A stretch of DNA of 64,000 nt from Myxococcota bacterium (lineage in GTDB: Bacteria; Myxococcota_A; UBA9160; UBA4427): assembly GCA_965250285.1 (NCBI GenBank), contig OZ252299.1, positions 3,616,001-3,680,000 of the forward strand, in the 5' to 3' direction. The notes beneath the pieces were generated by a model. The model saw only the letters and a program-made list of their open reading frames with translations, was not told where the DNA came from and made no database searches. Shown here one piece after another: positions 36,458 to 45,478 of the stretch. A program made the translations under genes and the position numbers. Positions within the stretch are counted from its first letter, which is position 1. Every line of letters starts with the position of its first letter.

Positions 36458-38836
36458 TCAGGGCGTCGTTCCCTGCTCCGAGACGACGCGCTCGATGAAC
36501 GCGTTGCGGCGCCGAATGAGCTCGTGGAGCTGGGCCCGGAACGCCGGGTCGCGGATCGACCAGGGCACCGACGGCGGCGCAGTGTCGCGAAGCATCGAGA
36601 CGAAGCGGGCGTAGCGCGGCTGGCCGCGCAGCGAGGTGATCTGCGGTGCCCCGTAGCTGACGATCGGGTGGTCGTCGGTGTTGACGGGTCCATCCCCCGC
36701 GTAGGCACCCAGCGCTTCCGACTCGGCGATCAGCATGCCGAACAGGCTCGGGTCGGTCTCGAGGTCGAGACCCGCCAGAGCGCGTCGCAGGTCTTCGCTT
36801 CGAACACGCCGGTCCATCCAGCCGGGCCCGTACTCGGGCCACTCGTCGCGTACGCCGACCAGGGCCACGGCCGGGGAGTCGAGTCGCACCTCGACCATCA
36901 CGGCGCGTGCGCTCGGAAACGCGCTCAGGAACGTCCGGATCACGTCGCGCAGCGTGGGCTCATCGAGCTGGTACATCGGCAGCCACTGCACGAACAGCCC
37001 GCCCCGATCGAGCCGCTCCCGCACCGCTTCGAAGTGCTCCCGCGTATAGAGCATGCCGCCGCCGTCGCGCGCGGGATGGAACAGATCGGCGATGATGACG
37101 TCGAAGGTCTCGTCGCTCGTGCGCACGAATCGTCGGGCATCCGCCGCGTAGACGCGCGTGCGCGGCGCGTCGATCAGGCTTCGGCCTTCGACCACGAAGG
37201 CCGGCAACGCGTCGACGACCTCGGGCACGAGCTCGACGGCATCGACCTCGACGCCGGGATGATCGGACGCCGCCAGCGCAGTCAGCCCGGTCCCCAGACC
37301 GAGGTAGAGCGCACGCGTCGGATCAGGATGCAGCAACAGCGGGATGTGCCCCTGGCGAAGCTGCATGCGCTCACCGAGCGGCGTCGTGCCGCCCATCGCG
37401 AACCGATTGTTGACGCGGAGCGCGCGATGCCCCTGCTCGTCTTCGAGCACGGCGACCGAAGCCATGACGCCCTCGCGGTAGGAGACGATTCGCTGCCCCT
37501 CACTCGTCTGGATCCAGCGCAGATCGGGCAGCACGAGCGCGAGCAGGATCGGCGGCACGAAGAGAACGAGCCGGGGGCGCGACAGGGCGGCCGCCAACGC
37601 CAGGTAGCCCAGCGAGACCGCCGCGAGGGCCCAGCGGGTGCCGACGACGGGCAGGACGAGGACGCCGACGACGAACGGCGCGAGAAAGCCGCCCGCCGTG
37701 TTCGCGGCGAGCGCCTCGCCCACACCCGCGCCTCGGCTCTTGGCCTCTTCGGTCAGGAGGCTGAAGATCGAGCCCATCAGCGCGGTGGGCAGCAACAGGG
37801 CGGCCGCGGCGACGACGACCTCGGAGATCAAAACGCCGCGGATCGAGTTCCCAAAAGTGAAGCGGCCAAACTGGTAGATCTCGGGGCTCACCGCGAACAC
37901 GACGCCCCCGATCAGGCACGCGGTCGAGAGCAGAGCCAACAGCCGCGCGGCGACTGACGCGGGCGCTCGGAGCCGGCCCTGCAAGCGCTGGTACACCGCG
38001 GCCCCCGCCGCGGTGCCGAGCAACCACACACTCAACACTGCCGCGTAGCTGTACACCGTGTTCTCGATGACCTGCGCGAGGATGCGAAGGGCCACCGCTT
38101 CGTACCCGATCCCGAGGAGCCCGGTGATGAAGAGCGCGGCGAGAAGACGGCGGCGCAGCGGCGTAGGGTCGGCGGCTCGCTCGAGTACGGGCTCGACCTC
38201 GGGCGACGCGTCCCCGAACGATCGCAGCCAGACCAGTACGAGTACGGCGCACACCGCGTTCAGCGCCGCGACCGACAGGAGCGTCGTGCGGTACCCCAGC
38301 ATCGGGACGAGCACGAACGCCCCCGACAGCGTGCCGATCACCGCGCCGAATGTGTTCGCGGCATAGAGACCGCCGACGTGCCGCCCACGGCCGGCCTGCG
38401 CCGCGACGAGGCGCTCCATCGCGGGGAGCGTGGCGCCCATGGCGGCCGTGGCCGGCAAGAGAACGAGCAAAGGCAGACCAAACGAAACGACCCACTGCAA
38501 TGCGGGCGCCGGCATCGGGCCCATGAGCCAGAGCGCGAGCTCGGTCGTCGGCGCCGCGATCCATGCGCACACCACGCCCCACACCGCGATGAGACCCTCG
38601 AGCGCGGCGTACCAGAGGCCGGGCCGCTCGCTGCGACGAATCGGCCGATCGAGCAGCCAGGCCCCGAGGCCGAGGCCTCCGAAGAACGCACCGACGATGG
38701 CGAGGGTGGCCGCAAGCTCATGCCCGAGGCCGACCGCAAACATGCGCACCGAAGCCATCTGAAAGCCGAGACCGGCCGCCCCCGAGGCGAGGAAGATCGC
38801 GTGCAGCATCCAGCCGCGCGATCTCGGCATGGTCAC
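36458..38836 (-). CDS. Fused multi-TM / spermidine-synthase-like SAM-dependent protein
   Basis: Two TM blocks (LYAANTFGAVIG, ANTAGG) and a C-terminal LGLGTG, VELVPEV, DARRF, DVIIADLFHP domain. Confidence 0.85.
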   Translation of the reverse strand: MTMPRSRGWMLHAIFLASGAAGLGFQMASVRMFAVGLGHELAATLAIVGAFFGGLGLGAWLLDRPIRRSERPGLWYAALEGLIAVWGVVCAWIAAPTTELALWLMGPMPAPALQWVVSFGLPLLVLLPATAAMGATLPAMERLVAAQAGRGRHVGGLYAANTFGAVIGTLSGAFVLVPMLGYRTTLLSVAALNAVCAVLVLVWLRSFGDASPEVEPVLERAADPTPLRRRLLAALFITGLLGIGYEAVALRILAQVIENTVYSYAAVLSVWLLGTAAGAAVYQRLQGRLRAPASVAARLLALLSTACLIGGVVFAVSPEIYQFGRFTFGNSIRGVLISEVVVAAAALLLPTALMGSIFSLLTEEAKSRGAGVGEALAANTAGGFLAPFVVGVLVLPVVGTRWALAAVSLGYLALAAALSRPRLVLFVPPILLALVLPDLRWIQTSEGQRIVSYREGVMASVAVLEDEQGHRALRVNNRFAMGGTTPLGERMQLRQGHIPLLLHPDPTRALYLGLGTGLTALAASDHPGVEVDAVELVPEVVDALPAFVVEGRSLIDAPRTRVYAADARRFVRTSDETFDVIIADLFHPARDGGGMLYTREHFEAVRERLDRGGLFVQWLPMYQLDEPTLRDVIRTFLSAFPSARAVMVEVRLDSPAVALVGVRDEWPEYGPGWMDRRVRSEDLRRALAGLDLETDPSLFGMLIAESEALGAYAGDGPVNTDDHPIVSYGAPQITSLRGQPRYARFVSMLRDTAPPSVPWSIRDPAFRAQLHELIRRRNAFIERVVSEQGTTP

Positions 38837-39056
38837 GGCTTCTCCGACGAGTGAACGATTGACATGGAGGGTGTGTGACCCCGCGATCGCCGTTTCGGCG
38901 CTCGCAGTGGCGTCCTCGATCGAGAAAGGAAGACGCCGAAGACCCTTAGCAGGTGCCGCTCGCGGCGGCCGGGTTCCTCGGGCCCATGCTGCGCTCCTCG
39001 AAGACAGCCGATGCTAGGATCGAGGCCCACGCACCCCTTCGAAGAGGACGGGCCCC

Positions 39057-39821
39057 ATGCTCGAGATTCACCAGTTCGGATGTCTGTCCGACAACTACGG
39101 CTTCCTCGTCCACGACGCCGACTCGGGGCTCACGGCATGCGTCGATACGCCCGAAGCCGGACCGATCCTCGCCGCGCTCGAAGCCAAGGGCTGGTCGCTG
39201 ACACACATCTGGAACACGCACTGGCACCCCGACCACACGGGTGGAAACCTCGAGATCCAGAAAGAGACGGGCTGCGAGATCTTCGGCCCGCGCAACGAGC
39301 GCGAGCGCATCCCGGGGATCGACCTGGAGCTCGACGAGGACAGCCGCTTCGAGTTCGGTGCCCACACGGTGCGCGTGTTCGACGTGCCGGGCCACACGTC
39401 GGGCCACATCGCCTACTGGATGCCCGACGACGCGGTCGCGTTCGTCGGCGACACGCTCTTCGCGCTTGGCTGCGGTCGGCTGTTCGAGGGGACCGCCGAA
39501 CAGATGTGGGATTCACTCGGCAAGCTGGCCGCGCTGCCGCCCGAGACGGTCCTGTACTGCGCGCACGAGTACACCCAGGCCAACGCGCGCTTCGCCCAGA
39601 GCGTCGACCCCGAGAACGAGGCCCTCGCCGAACGCGTGCAGGAGATCGACTCGCTTCGCGCGAAGGGGATCGCGACGGTGCCCACCTCACTCGGGACCGA
39701 GCTGGCGACGAACCCGTTCCTGCGCGCCGAAGACCCCGGGCTGCAGCGGGCACTCGGCATGGAAGGCGCCGACCCGGTCGAGGTGTTTGCCGAGACGCGC
39801 AAGCGCAAGGACAACTTCTGA
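39057..39821 (+). CDS. gloB: Hydroxyacylglutathione hydrolase (glyoxalase II)
   Basis: THWHPDHTGG, PGHTSGH, GDTLF..GCGRLFEG, CAHEYT and TNPFLR. Confidence 0.95.
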   Translation: MLEIHQFGCLSDNYGFLVHDADSGLTACVDTPEAGPILAALEAKGWSLTHIWNTHWHPDHTGGNLEIQKETGCEIFGPRNERERIPGIDLELDEDSRFEFGAHTVRVFDVPGHTSGHIAYWMPDDAVAFVGDTLFALGCGRLFEGTAEQMWDSLGKLAALPPETVLYCAHEYTQANARFAQSVDPENEALAERVQEIDSLRAKGIATVPTSLGTELATNPFLRAEDPGLQRALGMEGADPVEVFAETRKRKDNF

Positions 39822-39943
39822 CGCATGCAACGCGCAGCGACGCGTCTCGCCCATCGCCGACGTCGACGCTGGGGTCGCTCTCGATGAGCACCATCGCGCA
39901 CCCCGCCGACACGACACGGTCTATGGCCACCTCGGAGGTTCCG

Positions 39944-40882
39944 ATGACACAGTCGAAGCCCTTGCGACACCCCACCGAGCTGCGCCGCGCAGCCTCTCTC
40001 CTCTTTCTCGGGCTCCTTCTGCTCTCTGTCGGCTGTGGTGATGTCTTCGGTCGGTCGAACGCGGAGCAGGTCGACACCACCGACACGACGGTTGCGCCGG
40101 CGGGAGACTCGGCGACGGACGGCGCCGAGCTGCTCTCCGCATTTTACGGTCTCGATGACGGGCTCCCGTTTCTCGCGCGGTTTCTGGTGTGCGGCGGCTC
40201 GATGGGCAGCGACGGCATGCCGGTGATCTTCTCCGAAGAGCTCGACCTCGACACCGTGCAGGCGGGCGACTTCCGCGTCGTGCTCGAAGGCGGAGGCACG
40301 GGTGAGATCGTCTGCGTCACCCCCGCGCCGGCCACCGACGCGGGCGAGCTCCGTACGATCCTGATGATCGGCGACTTCGGCTCGATCGAGAATCAGCCCG
40401 CGCGCGTCGAGATCGTGGGCAACGTGCTCTCGCACGACCAGCGATCGAACTTTCGAGGCAGTCAGGTCGACGCGACCCGGCTGGAGGCGGGGCCGACGCT
40501 GCTCCACGCCGAGATCGTCCCGCAAGATGAGTGGGAGCTCGGCAAGTCGCCCACACGCTTCCCCTTCGGCGGCGGCAGCGGCTGCCCCGACTCGACGCGT
40601 CAGGTCGTGCGCGTCGTGTGGACAGGCGGCGTGACGAAGCCGGGCGGCGGCGAGATCGACGACGTCGAACGCGAGGCGTACAGGGTGTTCGTCGAAGACG
40701 ACGCGGGTGAGGTCACCGCACTTTCGCCCTTCGCCATCGGGGACCTCGGTGATGGCGACAACAACCACGAGCTCTGCCTCGACACCGAGGCGCCGGCGCT
40801 GCGTGTCGAGTTCCCAGCAGGGCTATTGACGGACCCGCGCGAAGACCTCAATCCGGCCACGGAGGTCGCCGTCTCACGATGA
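39944..40882 (+). CDS. Hypothetical lipoprotein
   Basis: GGAGG RBS; signal peptide with LSVGC lipobox; acidic mature domain (DGMPVIFS, DLGDGDNNHELCL). Confidence 0.75.
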   Translation: MTQSKPLRHPTELRRAASLLFLGLLLLSVGCGDVFGRSNAEQVDTTDTTVAPAGDSATDGAELLSAFYGLDDGLPFLARFLVCGGSMGSDGMPVIFSEELDLDTVQAGDFRVVLEGGGTGEIVCVTPAPATDAGELRTILMIGDFGSIENQPARVEIVGNVLSHDQRSNFRGSQVDATRLEAGPTLLHAEIVPQDEWELGKSPTRFPFGGGSGCPDSTRQVVRVVWTGGVTKPGGGEIDDVEREAYRVFVEDDAGEVTALSPFAIGDLGDGDNNHELCLDTEAPALRVEFPAGLLTDPREDLNPATEVAVSR

Positions 40883-40907
40883 GGGGTGAGACCGGGCCAT
40901 GGCGCGC

Positions 40908-41471
40908 TCAGGCCGTTTCGCAGCAGCCTTCGTAGACGCAGAGGCAGTCGACGCAGTCGCGCAGCGTTTCGACGCCGCAGTGGTCGCGCATCCTCTTCTT
41001 GAGCGCCTTGCGCGCGCGGTGCAGCCGCACCGTGGCGTTGTTCACCGAGATGCCGAGCACGCTGGCCGCCTCGCGCAGCGTGAGGCCACGCACGTCGACG
41101 AGGCTCAGAATGACGGCATAGTTGTCGGCCAGCGTCTGCGTCTGGCTGATGCTGCAGGCACACGAATCGACGCGAGCCTGGGTCGCGGGGTCGGGCAGCT
41201 CATCGATCGTTCCGCCGAACTGTTGTCGTTGACGCGCGCGGCGGCGCATCAGATCTGTGGCCACGTTTCGGTACAGGCGGTGCAGCCAGGGCACGACCCG
41301 ATCCCGATCGCGAAGCGAGCCCGCACTGCGGATCGCGCGCATCGCGGCGATCTGAAACGCATCGTCGAGATCGTCGGGATGCACCCGCGCGCGCAGAACA
41401 CCCCTCAGGGCGACCTCTTCGGCGCGAAGAGCGTTCGCGACGACTTCGTCTTGGAAACTGCGCACGGCCAT
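40908..41471 (-). CDS. ECF sigma factor, CorE-like (CxC linker and C-terminal Cys-rich domain)
   Basis: Sigma2 (DDAFQ...WLHRLYRN..TD), linker CAC, sigma4 (LREAASVLGIS.NNATVRLHRARKAL) and tail HCGVETLRDCVDCLCVYEGCC; no adjacent anti-sigma gene. Confidence 0.9.
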   Translation of the reverse strand: MAVRSFQDEVVANALRAEEVALRGVLRARVHPDDLDDAFQIAAMRAIRSAGSLRDRDRVVPWLHRLYRNVATDLMRRRARQRQQFGGTIDELPDPATQARVDSCACSISQTQTLADNYAVILSLVDVRGLTLREAASVLGISVNNATVRLHRARKALKKRMRDHCGVETLRDCVDCLCVYEGCCETA

Positions 41472-41489
41472 CGTGCCTCGAAAGCTAAG

Positions 41490-41633
41490 CTACTTCTGCG
41501 TTGCGGGACAGCCGCAGCTCGCTTCACAGCGACACGCATCGCCACATGCGCACGTCTCTCCGCAGCAGCAGCCCGTTGGGGTTCGCTCGCACGCACACGG
41601 GGTCGGACAGGGACACTTCGTCGCTTCGGCCAT
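41490..41633 (-). CDS. Metallothionein-like peptide, 47 aa with 13 Cys (not in the ORF track)
   Basis: Hand translation MAEATKCPCPTPCACERTPTGCCCGETCACGDACRCEASCGCPATQK*; GGAG 7 nt before ATG; stop codon 18 nt upstream of the ECF start. Confidence 0.88.
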   Translation of the reverse strand: MAEATKCPCPTPCACERTPTGCCCGETCACGDACRCEASCGCPATQK

Positions 41634-41697
41634 CTCGAAACTCCAGGTGAAGCCACCGCTCGATCGCGGTGACGCAGCTCTTCATCACTTGATTGGA

Positions 41698-43560
41698 TTG
41701 ACGATCGACACCCCGCATTCCTTACAGTCGCCGCCCAGATCCCAGAGGGGCGCCCCTGCGATCCCGGCGAGCGCGGGGTCGACGCTGGCCCCGGCGCCGA
41801 GCCGTGCTCGGGCTGCGGAGGCGCCGCCGCCCATCGACCTGCGGCGGCGCGAGCTGATGAAGGGCTCGCTGGTCGCGGCCGTCGGCTTCCTGGCAGGCTG
41901 CAGTGTCGTGCCGCGGTCGAACCCGCCCGCGCGATTGGTCGACTTCACGCCGGTGCCGCTCTCGGCCTCCGACGGCAAGACGATCCAGATCGCAGACGAG
42001 TACGAGCTTCAGGTGATCGTGCCTTGGGGTGAGCCGCTGACGGCGGGTGCGCCGGCCTTCAGCTGGCCCCCTTCGAGCGAGGCTCAGGCGCAGCAGATCG
42101 GGACCGGGCACGACGGCATGACGTTCTTCCCGCTCGACGAGGATGGCCACCACGGTCTGCTCGCGCTCAACCACGAGTACGGCCTCAATCGGCAAGTGCT
42201 CGGTACGAAGCGACCGAAGACCCTCGAACAGGTTCGCGCCTCGCAGCACGCGCATGGTGTGTCGATCATCGAGCTGCGCGAAGCCGACGGCGCCTGGCGG
42301 GTGGTTCCTCAATCGGGATACGCCCGTCGCATTCACGTCGGCACCGAGATCGACATGTCCGGCCCGGTCGCCGGGCACGCGCTGGTGGCGAACCGCGCCG
42401 AAAACCCCGTGATGGGGACGCTCAACAACTGTGCGAACGGCGAGACGCCCTGGGGCACGTTTCTCACGTGCGAAGAGAACTTCAACCTCTACTTCGGAAG
42501 CACCGAGTCGTTCGAGCCGAGCGAGCGGCAGCGACGCTACGACCTCGTCGGAGGCGCGGGCTACTACGGGTGGCACCACTTCGATCCGCGCTTCGACCTG
42601 GCGAACGAAGACTACGCCCACGAATCGAATCGCTTCGGATGGGTGGTCGAGATCGACCCGAACGATCCCACGACCCGGCCGGTGAAGCGAACGGCACTTG
42701 GGCGCCTCAAGCACGAAGGGGCTACGGTGGTGGAGGCCCACGACGGTCGTACGGTCGTCTACATGGGCGACGACCAGCGCTTCGAGTTCATCTACAAGTT
42801 CGTCTCGAGTGGCGATTGGCGTGAGCTGCGCGCCGCGGGCGCAAGCCCGCTCGACGAAGGCACGCTCTACGTGGCGCGCTTCGATGAAGACGGCCGCGGC
42901 GCGTGGCTGCCGCTCACGATCGACGACCCGGTGCTCGCCGAGGCGTTCGAAGATCAGGCCGATGTGCTGGTCCACGCGCGGGTGGCCGCGTCGCTCGTCG
43001 GCGCGACGCCCATGGACCGCCCCGAGTGGATCACGGTCGGGCCCGGAGGCGAGGTCTACTGCACGCTGACCAACAACGTCGAGCGCGACGAACCCGATGC
43101 CGCGAACCCGACGGCACCCAACCCCCACGGTCAGATCATTCGCTGGTGGGACGACGACGGCCACCTGGGCACGCAGTTCGCCTGGGATCACTTCCTCGTA
43201 TGCGATGACGTCTACGAGACCGAAGAGAGCCTCGCCAGCCCCGATGGGCTGTGGGCCGATCCCGATGGTCGACTGTTCATCTGCACCGACGGCAAGCAGC
43301 TCGAGGGCAAGCCGAACCAGCTGCTGGTCGCCGATCCCTTCACGGGCGACCTGTCGCGCCTGCTGGTCGGAGTCACGGACTGCGAGATCACCGGCCTCGC
43401 CACGACACCCGATCGGCGCGCGCTCTTCGTCAACGTGCAGCACCCGGGCAACGGCAACCCGAAGGTGACGAGCTTTCCGGCCCCGGACGATGGCAAGACG
43501 GTGCCGCGAGACTGCACGCTGGTCGTCCGACGCAAGGACGGCGGGGTCGTTGGCAGCTGA
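41698..43560 (+). CDS. phoX: PhoX-family alkaline phosphatase (start uncertain)
   Basis: Tat motif RRRELMKG; HDGM, NHEY, GTLNNCANG.TPWGTFLTCEEN, RLKHE, MDRPEW, SPDGL, CEITG and NVQHPG. The nearest canonical start upstream of RR is TTG 41698. Confidence 0.9.
   Translation: MTIDTPHSLQSPPRSQRGAPAIPASAGSTLAPAPSRARAAEAPPPIDLRRRELMKGSLVAAVGFLAGCSVVPRSNPPARLVDFTPVPLSASDGKTIQIADEYELQVIVPWGEPLTAGAPAFSWPPSSEAQAQQIGTGHDGMTFFPLDEDGHHGLLALNHEYGLNRQVLGTKRPKTLEQVRASQHAHGVSIIELREADGAWRVVPQSGYARRIHVGTEIDMSGPVAGHALVANRAENPVMGTLNNCANGETPWGTFLTCEENFNLYFGSTESFEPSERQRRYDLVGGAGYYGWHHFDPRFDLANEDYAHESNRFGWVVEIDPNDPTTRPVKRTALGRLKHEGATVVEAHDGRTVVYMGDDQRFEFIYKFVSSGDWRELRAAGASPLDEGTLYVARFDEDGRGAWLPLTIDDPVLAEAFEDQADVLVHARVAASLVGATPMDRPEWITVGPGGEVYCTLTNNVERDEPDAANPTAPNPHGQIIRWWDDDGHLGTQFAWDHFLVCDDVYETEESLASPDGLWADPDGRLFICTDGKQLEGKPNQLLVADPFTGDLSRLLVGVTDCEITGLATTPDRRALFVNVQHPGNGNPKVTSFPAPDDGKTVPRDCTLVVRRKDGGVVGS
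41700..41726 (-). promoter_or_regulatory. Candidate ECF-type promoter for the metallothionein-sigma operon
   Basis: Minus strand TGTAAG-17 nt-CGTC, ending 66 nt upstream of the metallothionein ATG. Confidence 0.6.
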
Positions 43561-43639
43561 GCGGCGGGCAAGCCAGACCGCCCGATGCGACCGATCTCGA
43601 CGAGGAGCGTCGGCCAAACGTGGGGCGGAAAGAGAACGC

Positions 43640-43899
43640 ATGTCGTGAGGATCACGCGCGAAGGATCCGCCGAACGCCATGATCGCCGGCGGCTCGATGG
43701 CCGGCCTGTTCGCCGCAATCTCCCTACCCCGGGCGGGGCAGCGGGCCGTGCTCTACGAGCGAGCGCGAGAACACGCAATCGCACGGCGGGCATCGTCACC
43801 CACGATCGACTCTACGCGCCGCTGCAGAAGGCCGGCGTCGAGCTTCATCCGCAGATGGGCGTAGCCTGCGTTGGCCGCAGGACGAAGAAGCCGCGGTGA
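43640..43899 (+). pseudogene. Decayed N-terminus of an FAD-dependent monooxygenase (dihydroxypyridine-hydroxylase-like)
   Basis: IAGGSMAGLFAA..L.RAG....YER in one frame continues as AGIVTH..L...LQKAGV...MGV in another frame, then stops. Confidence 0.7.
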
Positions 43900-43913
43900 A
43901 GGAAGCGGCCCGT

Positions 43914-44726
43914 TCAGGCTCGAGCGCCGTCCACGTGCCGCTCGAGAAACGAGGTGAGCACGCGATTGAAGCGCTCCGGCGCCTCCATCGGCGACATGTG
44001 ACCGACGCCCGCGATCTCGACGCGCTCAGCATGGGGAAGCCGGCGCACGAGCAGACGGGCGGCGGCGTGAAAGTGGGGCAGATCTCGTTCGCCCACGACC
44101 ACGAGACACGGCGCTTCGATCTCTTCCAGCCGCGCTTCGGCTTCGGGCTTGGTGCGCTTCTCGGGATCGCGGTGCATCCAATGCCAGCCATCGTAGTCGT
44201 CGAGCATCTCTTGGATCGCTCGGCTTACGTCTTCGTGCGCGCGTGCACTCTCGAAGAGGGCACACTCGATCCAAGCGCGCTTCGCCGACTCGACGCCCTC
44301 GGCCGCCGCATGTCTCGCAACGTCGTCTCTGATCGCAGCAAACTCGGGCGACAGCTTCAGCCCATTGATGTTGGCCCCCGCCAGCGCGAGCGTGCGCACG
44401 CGCTGGGGGTGGTCGAGCGCGAACGTGATGGCTGCGCGCGCTCCCCTCGACAACGCGACGATGTGCGCATTCTCGATCTCGAGCTCGATGAGGAGCGCTT
44501 CGAGATCACTCGACGACGAGTACTCAGCGCCCGTGAGCGCCGAAGAGCGCCCGAAGCCGCGCATATCGTATGCGATCGTCCGATACCGCTCTGCAAAGAA
44601 ATCGATCTGAGCCTTCCACATTCGCGTATCGAGGCCCGTCCCGTGGATGAAAACGATGGGAATACCCGCGCCACAGTCGACGACGTGAATCTTTGCACCG
44701 TCTCGAAGCGTGACGAAGTCGTTCAT
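43914..44726 (-). CDS. Alpha/beta hydrolase
   Basis: FIHG, YDMRGFGRS, ALSRG nucleophile elbow, GERD and GHMSPMEAP. Confidence 0.9.
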   Translation of the reverse strand: MNDFVTLRDGAKIHVVDCGAGIPIVFIHGTGLDTRMWKAQIDFFAERYRTIAYDMRGFGRSSALTGAEYSSSSDLEALLIELEIENAHIVALSRGARAAITFALDHPQRVRTLALAGANINGLKLSPEFAAIRDDVARHAAAEGVESAKRAWIECALFESARAHEDVSRAIQEMLDDYDGWHWMHRDPEKRTKPEAEARLEEIEAPCLVVVGERDLPHFHAAARLLVRRLPHAERVEIAGVGHMSPMEAPERFNRVLTSFLERHVDGARA

Positions 44727-44916
44727 CGATGCTCCGTCGCGCGCGATCGCTCGGGATCGCCATTGATGCGGGGTCGGCCGCCGAGTCGAACAAGTCGGGT
44801 CTCGCGACCTGACCTGCCGACGCATCTCGGCGTTCGAACCACACCCAGTCGCTGGCGGCGCAGCGCCGAGACGAGCCGCTCGCGCCAGTCGACGCATCGC
44901 GCCCGCTGGTTGCTGT

Positions 44917-45450
44917 TCATGAACCTTGCGCCTCGGCCAACGTCTTCAGATTGAGGAGCTGCCTGCGCATCATGAACAGGTCGAGACCCGGGCCGACCAG
45001 CGCAACGGCCCGGCCCAGGACGCCCGGCCCGAGATGCAGCGCGAGCTTGACGCGAAGCCGCGCGTGCCCCGGCGCTGCCGCTTCGACCACGTACGAGATC
45101 GCAGAAGGCGGAAACCGACCTGATTCGGGCAATCGGATCGTCACGTGATGACCCGCCTCGAACGACGCGAGCTCGAAGATCTGCATGAACGTCTGTCCGA
45201 CCTCGAGCTGCTGCAGCTCGGGGGTCAGAAAGCGCGGCGACTGACGCCCGAAGTTGTCGATCCAGTCGTAGCTGTACGGCGCCACCCGCATCTGGCAGAG
45301 CCAGGGAAAGACCGCTTCGGGCGCAGCCTCGACGTCGACGCCTCGCCACCAGCACTCGTTCGCGTTGGGTACGACCTCGTCACAGGGGTACGAAAGCCGC
45401 TGTTCTTCGAGGGTCGTTCCCCAGGTGCGAAATGTGTGCTGCCAGCTCAT
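44917..45450 (-). CDS. Conserved hypothetical protein (SRPBCC-like)
   Basis: VFPWLCQMRVAPYSYDWIDN and MMRRQLLNLK motifs. Confidence 0.72.
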   Translation of the reverse strand: MSWQHTFRTWGTTLEEQRLSYPCDEVVPNANECWWRGVDVEAAPEAVFPWLCQMRVAPYSYDWIDNFGRQSPRFLTPELQQLEVGQTFMQIFELASFEAGHHVTIRLPESGRFPPSAISYVVEAAAPGHARLRVKLALHLGPGVLGRAVALVGPGLDLFMMRRQLLNLKTLAEAQGS

Positions 45451-45478
45451 CTGGTCTCGATCGATGCACCTGCTTCGC

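Noticed and set aside
39011..39943. 623-aa ORF as a single protein
   Set aside because: The first half overlaps gloB in another frame; the RBS and lipoprotein signal point to a start at 39944.
41405..41718. ORF-track calls 41405-41656 and 41524-41718, and the phoX extension from 41473
   Set aside because: They overlap the Cys-rich 47-aa ORF, which has the RBS, the operon position and a strongly non-random composition.
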